A stretch of 63,982 nucleotides of DNA, filler included, from Basidioascus undulatus (lineage: Eukaryota), in the NCBI GenBank assembly GCA_000826855.1. It is 14 parts of 14 records of this genome, joined end to end, with 100 filler letters (N's around TTAATTAATTAA, not from the genome) between each part and the next. Parts side by side here need not be neighbours in the genome. Positions count along the whole stretch, not along the records: positions 18,604 to 42,415 come from JTLS01000256.1; positions 42,516 to 45,526 come from JTLS01002560.1; 12 more parts are not named here. One strand, written 5' to 3'. The number at the start of each line of letters is the position of its first letter. Positions within the stretch are counted from its first letter, which is position 1. The notes under the pieces were generated by a model. The model was given only the letters and a program-made list of their open reading frames with translations. It did no database searches and had not been told where the DNA came from. The translations under genes were made by a program, and so were the position numbers. This document shows, piece by piece, positions 24,612 through 45,626 of this stretch.

Positions 24612-26091
24612 TCAAGCAAACAACGCCGCCTTGATGTGTTCCGCGGCGAGCTTCACAGCCACCTTGGCAATAAAGCATGACGAAGTCGTAGATGATGCTG
24701 AGGAAGCGGACGCTGTCGTTCGCGTCTCAGGACTGTCAGCTGGGCCGTGCCTTTGCCTTGACAAGAGTGAAAGCAACGTACGCAGTAACGTCCACCCCGG
24801 CTTCACGCAGCTTCGCAGCGTACGCCTCGCCCTCGTCGCGGAGCACGTCCGCCTCGCCGGTGAAGACCAGACTCGGCGGGAGACCTTTGAGCTGCTCGAG
24901 CGGGGCCCGAAGAGGGCAGGCCAGCGGGCTCGTGCGGTCCGCGTCGCTCGCGGAGTACTGGTCCCAGAACCTGTTGTCCAAGGTCAATAAGCTCCCTTCA
25001 TTGGTTCCAGAGGGCCACAGGCCCTTACTCTCAACGCACTACTTCATGCCCTCGCGGCTGAGGAAGTAGTTCTTGGCGAACTGCTTGTAAGACCTACGTT
25101 TCAAAGGACCATTTGGTGACCGGGTAGAATAGGGCTGACAAATATGAAAGAAGACAGAGTAAGAAACTTTCTGTCTAGTACGGAAATGCGCATGTAAACA
25201 TGAAAGGACGCCTGACGCAGTCAGCTGCAAAGAACTTGACACCACCACGCTGCTTCGCCAGAAGCGTCTGTGCGATAGCCAAGCTCCCGCCGGCCTTCCA
25301 AGTCCCAACGAGTCAGAGAGTTCCTAAGTTGGAGTATTCAGATAAGAAGCACACACCGAGTCCCCAGCGATCGCGATCCGCTCGCCGTCCAGGCCCTTGT
25401 CCTTCCCCCGCCGGAAACAACCCACTGCACGGCGCTCCAGATCTCCTCGATGGCCTGTGGGAAGCGAGCCTTAGCAGAGCGAGTACTTAAATCTCAGTGA
25501 ACTCAGCCTTTCTGAGCTCATTGGCTGCGCTGACTCGTGAATCAGGCGCACCTCGACGAAGACCACAGCTGTGCCCGTCCGGGTCGCGAGCTCCGCAACG
25601 AGACGGTGGTGCGTGTGCGCATTACCGAAGACTCACCCTCTGGATTCAGCTTCATATTACTTAATCTCATTACTCTTGAGCATGTTCATAACACACGCTC
25701 CGTGGACGTAGACAAGGACAGGTAGCGCCATGTCCGCGGCGTCAGCAGCTTTGACGATCTGGACCTTGACGGGGTCCTTGCCGTTTTGGTCTGAGGGACA
25801 GAAACTCCCACTCCAGACCGCACGTCGTCGACCGTTTTGCGGCCCTGGTTTCAGAATCTAAGGTGAGCTATCGCTACTCGAGACACGCAGGCAGACGTTT
25901 AGGGACAGGAAGCGGTTGCTCACCTCCGGGATGGGGAGTTGGAAAAGGAAAGGCGGGGAGCTTGTTACCTGAACGCTGGAAACATGAGCGCCAGCACAGC
26001 TCCACAGATGAACGAGGAACACGAACTCTGCGAACTCAACAGCGGCAGCCTCGAGCACAACGGGCGTGGTGGTGGACGGGGTGTTCGGCAT
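24612..26091 (-). pseudogene. HSL-family alpha/beta hydrolase (Abhydrolase_3 esterase), disrupted
   Basis: VVLEAAAVEFAE|VTSSPPFLFQLPIPE|GRKTVDDV, LVYVHGA, VFGNAHTHHRLVAEL, GDS|AGG and LPPSLVFTGEADVLRDEGEAYAAKL are present. Disruptions: a 1-nt frameshift in the G-run near 25405-25410, the catalytic His replaced by Tyr (IYDFVML, 24688-24690), and a C-terminal deletion/frameshift. Confidence 0.8.
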
Positions 26092-26914
26092 AGCTGACGA
26101 CGGAGATGGTACGTTGGATTCTGAGTGAAGTTGTTCGAAGAGTCGGATAGACATAACATGCGAGCTGACAGAGAGAATATCTGGACGAGCCCATGGAGCG
26201 CAGAGCTCAGATATGTCTGCGCTTGGTGAGATCCTGGACGTCCGCCCGCGCACGCTCACGGATGAGTCAGCCAAGCTGCGGGTATTAACACGCGACCGAA
26301 ATGACACGAGGTACGATATTGGGGCATCGCATGAGAAGAACCTACGACGTGCGGACGTTCTGAAGTTCCATGAACTGAGCGTCACGGCGTCGATGACTGA
26401 TTTCAGCGATGACTGACTGCACATTCGCCAGTGGGGCCCGATGCGGAAGCGCAAATGGGTTATCTAAAAATCTGCATTTCTTTCAGGCTCGTCTGATTTG
26501 CAATAGTTTTATAAGCTGGGCAGAGTGAAAGGCAGATGCAGCTGAAGATTGGCAGAAGATCTTCGGGTGTACTCCAGCCCCCGGTGCAAGGTTGCTGTAA
26601 ACTATCGGTCTCATATTCGCTGTTCAGACTTCAGAAATACGAGGGTGCGCAAAAAATTGACGTGTCTCAAAACCAGACATTGTTGTGAAGTATGCCTCGT
26701 GGCGCCAATAGGGGTAACGAGATGACCATCTTGCCGGCTGGCCAACGACAGAAACAAAGCTTGGTATTGAAAGTAACTTTACCCGATGCAAGGGAGACGG
26801 ATGCATGTAACACTCCGGCTTACACGAGCCCACGCCGAGTCAGGTGCAATCGCACAGTTCGAAACAAATAGATATTTCCCGGGTTGTAGCTCAAGCGGTC
26901 CTTCTTATCCCTAA

Positions 26915-28510
26915 CTAAACCGGTTGCTGGGGGGCCTTCTCGGCCTTGATGTTGTCGATATCGTAAGCTCTCTGCTTGGCTGCCTCCTGCTCCTCCTTGT
27001 TCTCGTACACAACCGGACCCCAGTTCCTGCCGTGCGCGACGATATGGAGAAGGTCGTTCCGGGAGCTGTGGTGGAAAAATTCGTTGCACAGTTCACTTTT
27101 TTAAAGCCTGTTCCAAGGGCTGAGGCTCGCGAGACTCTTCGACTCACTAATTGCCCATGGGGTCGGCCACGAGCTTCACCTCGTCAATCTTGTCCAGTGA
27201 GATTTCAGCATACAGAATTTCCTCGACGCCAGGGTCAATGGACTTGGTAATCTGGGAGCCATCGGGGCCGTATATCTGTTTTTGGATGGAAAGAAGAAGA
27301 GGACTGTACTTCAGCTTGAGGCAAACAGGCGACAGTGGAAAAGGTAGATTTAGGAGTGGAGGACCGACCGTCGAGAAGCCGCCACCGGGAAACTTGAACC
27401 ATTGGAACCCGGCGATCTTCATCTTCTCGGCGCCCGCCTCACTGACGACCTGGCACCCGACAATGCCAAAGCAGCCTCCCTCCATCGCGACGAGCTGTGT
27501 CATCCGGCTCGACGCTTCGCCGCTAACGATGTACGGAGAGCCTCCAGTATGGGGTGGGAAGGCGGGCCACCATCCACCGACAAAAATCTGCGGATACTGG
27601 GAATAGAAGTGACACTTGAGGAAAGGCTGAATATACCCAAGGCGGGTGTACGGGTGTGTGGTAGGTGGGTTCAGACGCTCCAAAGCATTCCGAGGCTGAC
27701 TCTTGACTCACTTGAATGTGTTCCCAGCAGTTGAGGCTTCCCAGCCGGCCGTACTCAGTCTGTACAACGTTGTAAATACTCTGAGCTGAAGGGGAAATTA
27801 AATGATCCGAGCGCCTTAGCACCAGTACGTCAAATGCCAATCACTATACGCACCGCTCCCATCGCCATAAATCGTCCTCTCGTAGTGTGTCGGCTGAGAG
27901 ATTAACTGCAGTCAGTCCGTATCACCGCCCGCTCATTACCCGCTCAAATAAACGAGGCCTCACCTTGATCTTGCGGCGGTGATTGGCAATCTCGCCGTCC
28001 GACGTGATCGTGACTTGGGCAATGTAAAGAGACCCCGCGTCGCGCTCGGAGAAACCGAGGACGACCGACGCTCCGGCTAACTTGACGGCTTCGCGGATGC
28101 GATCCATCTCGGGGGAGCGCAGTGGCAGTGAATTGGCCTGGTACTGCTTCAGGACACCCTGGCTCGTCACGAAATCGTTTGCCCACGGGGTCCAAGGGTA
28201 TCCTGGACGCATCAGTGGAGTCAGAAACGGGGAATAAGGCAAGCAAAAGAGACGTTTCGCGCCTGGAATGAAGACTTCGGGAAAGCCGATGATTTTGGCG
28301 CCCTCGCTGGCAGCCTCCCGGATGATCTTGATCGTCTTCTCAACGCTCCCTTGGAGGTCGAGCCAAACCCTAGTCGGTGCCTATGACTTTCTTAGTTCTC
28401 TGCTCTAGTTCCAGGAGACAACAACTGCAAGACACTCACGGCTCGGCCTGCACAGCGGCAACCTTGAACTGGCGAGCATCGGCGTTGGAGGGGCTGAGCG
28501 TGACGGGCAT
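26915..28510 (-). CDS. Nitrilase (carbon-nitrogen hydrolase, fungal nitrilase/cyanide hydratase class)
   Basis: FKVAAVQAEP|VWLDL; triad motifs FPEVFIP|GYP, HRRKIK|PTHYERTIYGDG and LNCWEH; then GGGFS|IYGPDG and DPMGNYSRND. ATG at 28510, stop at 26915; the frame is intact after splicing (one GC-AG intron). Confidence 0.93.
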
Positions 28511-29045
28511 GGCAAAACTTGGAAGTCTTAACGGATACCAGGCGACGAAGATGATGGGAATGGATGCGTTGAGAAGGAGAAAGTCTCCCGGACTGCAGCG
28601 GTCATATCAAAGGCAATCCGGTCTGGCGGCTCTCGAAGCCCACGTGTGACGCGGTGGGAGGTAAGGCATTGTCTGTAGGAACCGAATCACTTGCAAACCT
28701 TTATGTGGTTCACCTTTATTCGCCACAGTAACGAGGAGGAATGTTATTGCCTTCAGGAGGCCAGAAATGACAGGCACGACGACGGTTACTAGCGGTCGCT
28801 CGCAAGCAATGAAGCCTGACTGCGATCTGCTGCCAGCACTCCGCTTCTTACGAGGTCATGACAGCAAAGACCCCCTTCACCCCATTGAAGCTTTGTAAAG
28901 GAGCCACATATCATTTCAGATATCCTATCGCTGTCCAAGTCTCGATGAAGGCTGAATGCAGGCGATCAATGGTGTCTACGACCGCACCGGCACAGGCTCC
29001 CGGACCATGGAATAGACGTCGTAGTCCAGGTGGCGTTCCTCCATC

Positions 29046-29705
29046 TCATTTCTGACCCACTGAAATTTGTGTATAACAAGGCATCAATAACAGTAGATGG
29101 CAACGTACCAGCTTCCATCCGAACTTCTCGTACACCCCAAGCGCGAAGCCTCGACGTAGCAACGCCCTCTTGGTCGGCCATGCTCGTTCCCCAGCGAAGA
29201 AGCGTGGTGGCCAGTCCTTGTCCTTGAAAATCGGGGTGCACATCTAGAACGCCCAAGTCTAGCTTGGCCCGGCACGGGGAAGGGGTCAGCAAGGGCCACC
29301 AGATGCCTGCCTTATCAACGAGAGACGTACGGTAATGCTGGCGCCCCTGCATGTGCTCCCACTTTCGCCTTTGAAGGTCCTCGTAGAACGCCTTCTTCTC
29401 TGCTTCCTCGGCCTCCGAAATTCCGGGGTCGCGCAGTGTCTCGTGGAGCGGCACGTGTTCTCCGTCCTCATCTTGGGGATGAGGGAAGACCCAGACGGCG
29501 CGGCGATCTTGCTAGCGGAGCCGTCGTCATCTTGGGCGAGGACCTTTAAAACACGCCAATGAGGCTGAACTGCAAGATTGCTCGCAAGGGAGTGCGCGTT
29601 GATGTCTTGGCACGAAGACGGCATCTTGAAAGCGAACGTCCAAATCGCCGAAAGCGACGGTATGTCTGAGGCCGTGGCTCGGACGAGCTCCAATGTGCAG
29701 GGCAT
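29046..29705 (-). pseudogene. GNAT acetyltransferase, frameshifted
   Basis: LVRATASDIPSLSAIW..., then a frame change to VWVFP..MQGRQHY|LDLGVLDVHPDFQGQGLATTLLRWGTSMADQEG (acetyl-CoA motif A). YVEAS and VYEKFGWK lie in further frames. Confidence 0.75.
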
Positions 29706-30302
29706 GACCGTCGAAGGAAGTGCAGCTTGAGAGACTGAGCTAGCGTTATAAAAAGAAAGGAAATGGCTCGTTTTATCTGATGGCTTTTCTACTCCTGCCT
29801 GCGCACGCCGCTGTACGTCTGCGCGCCGTGTGGCCGTCTATCCGGCCGTCCCTCCGGGCTTGCTCCGAGGGCGTGCTGCCCGAAAGTGATATTTGATTGA
29901 CTCACCAGCTGGTGCGGATTATCATTTCAGTAGCAAGGGAGGCCGCTGTCGCTGTGGCCGGAATGCCTGTGGTCGCAAGGCTCCCGCAAGTGCCCGACGA
30001 ATGCCTGTGAAGCGATCAACAGGCGACCAATGATCTTGATCCACCATGATTAACCTCAAGGCTTATTTTTAAAATATATACACGACCGAATCGGCTCGCT
30101 CATAGAACCACCCAACGCCTACGGTAACGCACTTTGGCCGTCGTTCCGCCATCTTGTCGTGGTTCCTGCCCCTCTCTCATTTTCCTTCTCACCTTTCCTC
30201 CAACGGGGACCCGATTGCAATACGGTCGATAAGGATGGGGTATAATGTAAGTCTATGATAAAGTGGTCCACAGTACGAATCCGAATCCGCCATATGAAGT
30301 CC

Positions 30303-38056
<7,754 letters not shown>

Positions 38057-38946
38057 TGCGGATGGCGGAGGATGCGGTTGAGAGGGTTCTTATGCTGTTG
38101 CGATTGCACAGATGGAGGTGGGAGGGAAATAAATCTGGAGATCCCCTGCTGCTGACGCATCAGCGTCTTCGCGTTTGCCAGGAACGAGCCGACCTGCCGA
38201 GCGGGCCGGCCGCCACCCGGTTGCTTACCGCGCTCTTGCGCGCTCGCCTTTACTGCATTTTCTAGTTGTGGATACCGTTTGAGCTGTATAAAAATGAGAC
38301 TACAGCCCTAGATAGTGAAGATGTAGAGCCAAGCACGCAGCAGGGCGGCAGCCGGGCGACAGAGTCGAGTTGCAGAGTCGCAGGCCACCTGGACCACTCT
38401 TGCGGTATTTTGCTCCTGACAGGGGCATACAAGCAGCTTCTTTCTGCTTTCATTGGCCAGAGGAGCAGCACACACGTACTTTGATGCATTCCGAGCAGCC
38501 TTATTTGAACGAAAATGTGTAAAATGCGAGCCAGTCCTGTCAGTACATCTCGCAGACTGACGGCGACAACGCGACAACGCCGCATTATGTCGACGCTGAG
38601 GTCAAGTCTGCGTCTGTGTCGAGCATGACGGCAAATGAAGTGCTCGCAACGGTACCGCGCCCTACTTCATTGAGGCATATCCCAAGCTGAAGGCTGAAGC
38701 GAAACGCCTGAGGACTCCAAGGGCTGCTGAGAACGATGCGTCTTCGCGTTTCGCGCGCTGATGACGTTGCTTGCCCTCCTCGCCATTCCCTCCGTGCTCG
38801 TCGCTTTCCTTCAATCCACCACCACCGCTTCCCCTCACCCTTCCAATCCCCCACAACCTATTTAATCTGTTCGTAAATACCTGAACCACCCTCCCAGCGC
38901 TGCACTAAATCACTTCCCCCTCCCGCCCCCACAGACACCCTCCACC

Positions 38947-39592
38947 ATGTCCTCCGCTTGGCAAGTCCGCTTCTCCAACTCGCGCCAGCAGCCGTACTTC
39001 TTCAACTCGGAGACCCGCGAGTCCATCTGGGAGCCTGTGCGTCCCATGCCCGCCCTGTCCTCAACATATCCTGTCTCGTGCAGGGGCTGACGCGTCGGTG
39101 TGGTGTGTGCAGCCCGCGGGCATGACCGACGCGCAGATCCGCGAGCTGCCCGGCGCGGACCTGCTCGTCAACGGGCCGCCCAAGGTCCGGGCGTCCCACC
39201 TCCTCATCAAGCACGCCGGTTCTCGTCGCCCCGCATCCTGGAAGAACGTGTGTCCACTTCCCTCTCCCCTCCCCTCCCTGTCCTCTCCTCATCCCCGCCC
39301 CCTGTCCGCTCCTCAGGACAACATCACCCTCCCGCTCCCCGACGCGCTTGCGCAGCTCAAGGCGTTTGAGGCCGAGCTGCGCGCGGCCCCGGACCTGCCG
39401 GAGCGATTCGCTGTGCTCGCGGGCGAGCACAGCGACTGCTCGAGCCACGTGCGCGGGGGCGACCTCGGCAGGTTCACCCGCGGCCAGATGCAGAAGCCGT
39501 TTGAGGACGCCGCGTTCGCGCTCCAGCCGGGGGAGATGAGTGGGCCGGTGGAGACGGATTCGGGGGTGCATTTGATTTTGAGGCTGGAGTAG
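38947..39592 (+). CDS. ESS1: Peptidyl-prolyl isomerase Ess1/Pin1 (WW domain + parvulin), 3 exons
   Basis: WW domain WQVRFSNSRQQPYFFNSETRESIWEP|P; parvulin KVRASHLLIKHAGSRRPASWK, SDCSSH..GGDLG.F.RGQMQKPFEDAAFAL..SGPVETDSGVHLILRLE*. Confidence 0.96.
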
Positions 39593-41589
39593 AGGGGGGA
39601 AGGAAGGAGGGGGATTGATATATGGGGCTTCGCTGCTTTATGAGGACGAGAGAGACACCTGGGCTGAATGCCGGTTTGTGAACTGTTCTATGCATACCGC
39701 TGTAATGTCGCCTTCCTCCTGTTTACGTCTGAATGGTTTGTGCTACAGCAGAAACGGGCTGCCAGTCCCGGGCCAGGACCCTTTCGCCCTAGCGACTTCT
39801 GAGCGAAACCACGCGGATTCTTGCAATATTGGCAGAAGATGAACTTGACCCTGGGAGGAGGTGCGTAACATGTTTTTCAAGGGGGAGTCTGCCCAAGCGG
39901 CATCGCTGTTGAGTCGCACACATTATGTAAGCGCCCTCCCGGGGCTCTCTGCCACCAGAGGTGGATTTTTGAATAGTTATATTCATTGTCTGCCCAATAA
40001 GATATTTCCATACGCCAAATAGGATATTTTCATACGTGAAGGTACATTTCCTACGTGCGCTGCGTGCCGCGGAAGTAACCACGCCTTAGACGCACCCACA
40101 CGCGTCTCGACTCCCGACTCCCGGAACTGCCTTTGAGCTCATCCATCTACCACCTCGAATTGCAGCCTTTTTCCCCCAGCACATCTGCAGCCTTCCCAAT
40201 AGGGCGTTTATTCTCCGTTTCGCAATGGCTCTCCGTCCTCCCCACTCCAAGTCCCTCATCTTCCCCCACCCGTCACATCTCTCCTCCCCTCTCTGGGACA
40301 TCACCCGCCTCCTCGAGCCCTTCTCCGACCTCCTCCAAACGCACTACCGCTTGAAGGGCGTCGAAGCCGACGTCCCGCCCGGCGCGTCACTTTCCGGAGG
40401 TGGACCAGGCACTCTGCGCGCTGCTGCAGGAGGTGGTGCGCCGCGCGAGGGAGTACCTGGATTGGGTGGACGCGCAGCAGGACCTACTACTTAATGTTCG
40501 TGGGGGAGTCAAAAGCAAGGAAGAGCTGAGTGGAGAGCATTGGAAGAGCGTCTGCTTGGCTACGACGAAGCTCAAATACAGCTTCGGCAGGTCCTCGGTG
40601 CGTACTTTCCCTGGCGCTCGAACCCTGTTTGGATGCTGAGGTTTTATTTCTTCCTGAAACAGCATATCGGTGGCACCGTCAGCACACCTGGCACCTCTCG
40701 CCGCCCCCGCCCCCCTGTAAGTCTCTTTCGCTGTGCCCGGGTCTGTCGACCTGTCATTCCACTTTCGCTAATGCGCTATCAAGTCTCCCTGCTGGGTGGT
40801 CTCGCCGGTGCGTCAGCCTGGGCGATGCACTTTGTTCCAGTCTATCTCGCCACATGCGTTCTCCGACGCTGCCGTTTCCCGGCGTAAATAGGCCGAGGTT
40901 GAGATACGTATACAGCGACAATCGAACACCTCAAAGGCTAAATTCATATACCCTGAGGCTAAATTTATATACCACGTTGATTTACAAGTGGTGTACTTAC
41001 TTGAGTACACCCACCACTTCTTCTCTGCAGCGCATGTTCAAGAGGTCCAGCCCCCTTGAGATCAGCGGTTGTCAGCGGTGCTCATCATCAACCCACATGT
41101 AAATCTTTTCGACCAAAAGAATGGTAGAGCGCGTCACGCCCGGTACATACAAGACCCGTAGTGGGACGATGGGGGCCGTGGCCGCCGAGGCGACAACATG
41201 GGCGCCGAATCGGCCCGCACTGCGCCATCATCTGCGTCGCATCCTCACCTCAACTCGCCCTCGTTCTTCTCCTTATAGTCCTTGGTGGCCAGCTCATGGC
41301 ACAATACGTCAGGATCAGATTGGTATAGCCCTAACCAGGACCGCGCGCACTCGACAGCACAACAGCGAGCAGCTCCTCGAAGTTCCGAGCCCCCCGCGTA
41401 CAACCGGCACATTCTCTGGCTTTACTCTATTTCAGCCGTGAGCAGCCCTCAGTTTCTTGCGGTGCCTCAATGCTCAACAGTTGAGCCTCGCAGACAGCCT
41501 CGGAAGCTTCACTTGCTTTTCACGCAATTCACCTTTCACCCCTTTCACCCATTGTTCCTCTGCCGCGCTTCTCCCGTGCCCCGTCTCGC

Positions 41590-42415
41590 CATGCCCGGCT
41601 CCTCAGACCCCCACAAAACGTATCCTGCATATGATCTCGGTACCATTTCCTTAAAGATACTCGAATATTGGAAATAGCAGCCAGACTGATGTGTGGGTGG
41701 GCAGATTTTTCAAGGACTGCGACGCTCCTGGCGGCTGCGTATGCCGGTTCGCACGCTTCTGTGTGCTGGACCCTCTCAACTCTCGCCGAGGACAGCGCGC
41801 TCGGCGCCAAACTCCTGATCGCGGGGGCGTTCTACACCCACATCGTCTGCATATTCAGCCTCGCAGGCCTGTACGGCATCCTTCGCGTACATGCCATCAA
41901 CTATCTTCCCGCACCTTCAGACACATCTCTGCAGACACTGAAACTCAACTACGGAACACTGCAGTCCTACCTCCCCGCCCTTGACGCCTTCCGCACCTTC
42001 ACGTTCATCGACCTCGCGCTCGCCGCCACCGTCTTGTCCCTCAACGGCCCTCTGTGCATTGCCGAGGGCTTGCTCGACACGCTCTGCCACGACCTAACGA
42101 GCGGCGAGAGTCCCCGGCGTTGGAACCTCACGGAGGAGGAGAGCTGCAAGGACGTCCTGCGCGAGCTTGTAGTTGTCTTCCTCCCAGGTTTGGGGATCGT
42201 GCTCGTCATTAAAGTGAGTCCCCCTCACTCCAGTTGCGCTTCTTCCACGCCTTTTCTCGCTCCTCATCGCCTGGTACCCCCACATATACCTCGCAATAGT
42301 CTCCAAATACACGCAACACCTCAAACGCCTGCTGTCCCTAAGCCCGACGGATCCCTCCACGGGATTCTTCGTCCTTCCCGCCAACACCCACCGAATCCCG
42401 CAGCGAGCTTGCGAG
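41590..42415 (+). CDS. Hypothetical multi-pass (about 4 TM) membrane protein, possibly degenerate; 3' end unresolved
   Basis: Hydrophobic segments TLLAAAYAG.., LLIAGAFYTHIVCIFSLAGLYGILR, FTFIDLALAATVLSL and LVVVFLPGLGIVLVIK, with a Cys-containing loop. The first splice donor is not canonical. Confidence 0.45.
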
Positions 42416-42515
42416 NNNNNNNNNNNNNNNNNNNNNNNNNNNNNNNNNNNNNNNNNNNNTTAATTAATTAANNNNNNNNNNNNNNNNNNNNNNNNNNNNN
42501 NNNNNNNNNNNNNNN

Positions 42516-42993
42516 CCGGGAAGTTTCCAACGAAGGCCGAGATCGTATAGCCTCCTCGTCCCTCTGTACAAGCTCCAAGGTCAATGACGGTACGCAGAGC
42601 AATAGTCAAAACAAAAGCCTCACCTCGTGTCCCATTCACGACCGCGCTGGAGCTCTTTTGCCCAAAGAAGTCGAACACAAACTCGCTGTCCGACTCGAGG
42701 ATGGCGATGCGGTCGACGAGCGTCATCGCATTCTGGAGCTGGTCGAACCGGTCCTGGGCACTCGGCGAGCCTGTTGCCGAGGGAGTTGGGGTGCTCAATG
42801 CGTCAGACGTGGACGATACTGCGTCCGAAGTAGACGTAGCAGTATCGTTGGATTGGACGGGGGGAGAGCCTGCAGCTGCTTGCGGGTCCAAGACTTCATG
42901 AGGGTAGAAGGAGTGGTTGTACTGCCCGGAGGCGAGGAGAGAACAGAGCGAAAAGAGAGTCGCAAAGAAGGATATGAGCGTGCTGGATCGCAT
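42516..42993 (-). CDS. Secreted spherulin-1/germin-like cupin, 5' part
   Basis: Signal peptide MRSSTLISFFATLFSLCSLLASG and an S/T-rich spacer, then LQNAMTLVDRIAILESDSEFVFDF...GRGGYTISAFVGNFP, typical of fungal spherulins. A TATA-like TTATAAATATAA lies about 105 nt upstream. The cupin His motifs lie beyond the contig end. Confidence 0.75.
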
Positions 42994-44211
42994 GGCAGGC
43001 AGGTGGGCGTGCCAAGATGAAGTGCTCTGCTGTGAGAAGTTGAGCGGAGAGCAGCAAAGACCTGCAGTGGGAGCAATGCGGGTGTTCAGCTGAACTTATA
43101 TTTATAACCGAGTGATAAAAATACCAATTCGAATACAAATGAGGCCCCTCCATGGCTGAAGTCGGGAGATGTTCACCGGAACTGGATGCAGTCTCCAGCC
43201 TCTCAAACTCGCCCAGATCGGTTGTGACATCACCTCTCGCCTCTTTATGACTACGAGCGGCGTGTCCTCGAAGCAGAGGAGTGCTTATAAAAACCAAGGT
43301 CCGTTGCATCTCCGCAGCATGTTTCAATGTGCTGGAAGACCAGTGCAGGACTGGTGAGAAGATGCAACCTTTCAGCTCCGGCGCCAACTAGCGCTGTTCG
43401 AAATGTCCGAGCAATCATCGACCCTAATATTCAATGCATGCTAGACCAGCTTCGAAATATGCGGCCTCTGACAGTGTCCCGACGAGCTAGCAGGCCAAGC
43501 CGACGACGAAGGCAGAGTGTTGTGAATGCCCGTTTGTTCCGAAGGAACTGGAGGGCGCAGCATGAGGTTGATTACGCATGGCACAAAGGCCCCCTCGGCC
43601 CACCGCCTAGGTTTCCTCCAAATCCCACCTACTGAGTCCGCCGAACATCCCACACCACGCCGCCCGCCTCCATCGGGTACACTTCACGCAATGACGGGAG
43701 AGCGTCTGCGAGCGCGGCGACGTACGCGTCTCGGGCCTGCTCATCTGCGGCGAATCCTTCACTGACGAACCCCGGCACCGCGTCGAACCTGATGAGCGTT
43801 TCGAGAGACAGGGGAGCATCAGCATACATTGAGGGATCACACCTCGAATATTACCTGTGGATGCAACTAATTTTTTTCTGTTCGCGACCAATAGCTGCCA
43901 TGGGCCCCCATCCTGGGGCACCTTCGACAGAACCTGCCATGCAAAAGCTAACCTGGACCCACAGAACCGGCAATTGTTGTCACTGAGCTCCGAGTCCTCC
44001 AACCACTTAGGCCTTGTGGCTCGAGGTAAATACATACACACACGGGTTGCATAACCGGCACTCCGTAATATTGTTGGGCACTAGCGCACGAAGCACGCGC
44101 ACGTCGGCGGGGTTACTAATAAGCCCATTTTAGCTTCGCGTCGCTTGTTTCCCTCTCTGTTCCTCGCCTTGTTCTACTTCGACTTTGCTACGCATCGCTC
44201 CCATCATCAGG

Positions 44212-45526
44212 ATGTCCTCGCTCACCTCGCCGCCGACACTCCTCACCATCGTGCTGGAGTTAGTCCGCTTGATCGTTTGCACACTCCTCCCCGACATCGC
44301 CAGTGTCCGTGCATTCAACAAACATGCAGGCGGCTGCTCGAGGAATCGAACAAGCTCGTGTGGTCAGAGGTTGAGGTGCAACGCACTGCGAGAAGCTTGG
44401 CACAGGCGTAAGTCGGCTGTGTGCTTTGAAGCATGTCCTGCCGCTCATCAAGTTGAGTTTGTTTAAATCATGCGCCCTAGACGGCACCTTCTGCCTGTAT
44501 CCCTTGTCCTACTGAACCTCCCCCTCCCCCTTTTCACCCCCTCCGTTGCCCCATCTTCCTTGGCAAAACCCTCAGGTCTCTCTCAATCGTTATGGGCTTG
44601 GATGTCAAGTCCGTCTTGCTGTGTGACAAGTTCACCATGCTCGAGCACCTCGCCATCTACCACCAGGAAGAAGACCCCAACAGCTCAACGGCCCTGACCT
44701 CAGATAATCTCGTCAACTTTGACCACCTTGCCGGCCACCTTTGCCACCTCAAGCTGCAAAACATTGTGCTCAACATGTCAGACATGGCAGCTTGCCGCTC
44801 CGTCCGCAATGCTTGTGCGAGTTTGATGTCATGTGGCGGCCCTTGCATGAAAATCACGGGTCCTGGTGGGACATCGATAACCTTCCGGCACCGGAGGAGC
44901 TCAGTGCCTTCAGGCTCTACAACATCGCACCAGACCCCGAATCCATCACCGCCATTGCGGGTGCCTTGAATAAGCTGGAGGTGCTCAACTTGAACTTTCT
45001 GCCTATAAGATTCGACGGTAGGGTTATTGTTCAACATGCACTCTGACCTGTTCTTGCCTAAGTCTTACAAGATTTCATCCCCTGTCCTGCAGAGTTAGGT
45101 GACATCTTGGACAGGCGCATAAAATACCGATGATGGGGTTCTGGTGACATTGTGGCTTTCTGCTCCATACCGCCTTCCGCCCTCCTCAGCCCTTCCTTGC
45201 CAAACATCATCACTGACTGCTCCTCTTGTCTCTCCCCTCCCCTCCACAGGACGCTTACCGCACAGTGCTCGCGCCCCTCTCCTCCACCCTCCGTTTCATT
45301 TCCCTCTCCGGCCTCACGCCCGCCCACAACCCCTCCGTACCTAACCCACCACTCGCGCCAACGGAAGCAGCCTGTGCAGAGCTCGCACAGGCGCTACCCC
45401 TGCATCACCATCATTGACTGCATCCTCAACACTGCTTCCCTGACTGCATGCACCATCCTATGCACCATTGAGACCACCCTCCGCTGCAAAAGTGAGCATC
45501 GCCAAGCCCAACCTCTGGCCCCCCCT
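44212..45526 (+). pseudogene. F-box/LRR-like gene relic
   Basis: MSSLTSPPTLLTIVLELVRLIV..VRAFNK/TCRRL..LVWSEV is an F-box-like start. LxxLxL repeats follow (LEHLAI, LCHLKL, LSAFRL, LEVLNL), scattered across frames with stops. Confidence 0.5.
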
Positions 45527-45626
45527 NNNNNNNNNNNNNNNNNNNNNNNNNNNNNNNNNNNNNNNNNNNNTTAATTAATTAANNNNNNNNNNNNNNNNNN
45601 NNNNNNNNNNNNNNNNNNNNNNNNNN

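Noticed and set aside
40225..41102. Helical-looking ORF fragments (EVVRRAREYLDWVDAQQ)
   Set aside because: Need a frameshift and match no family I recognise; possibly a pseudogene but unsupported.
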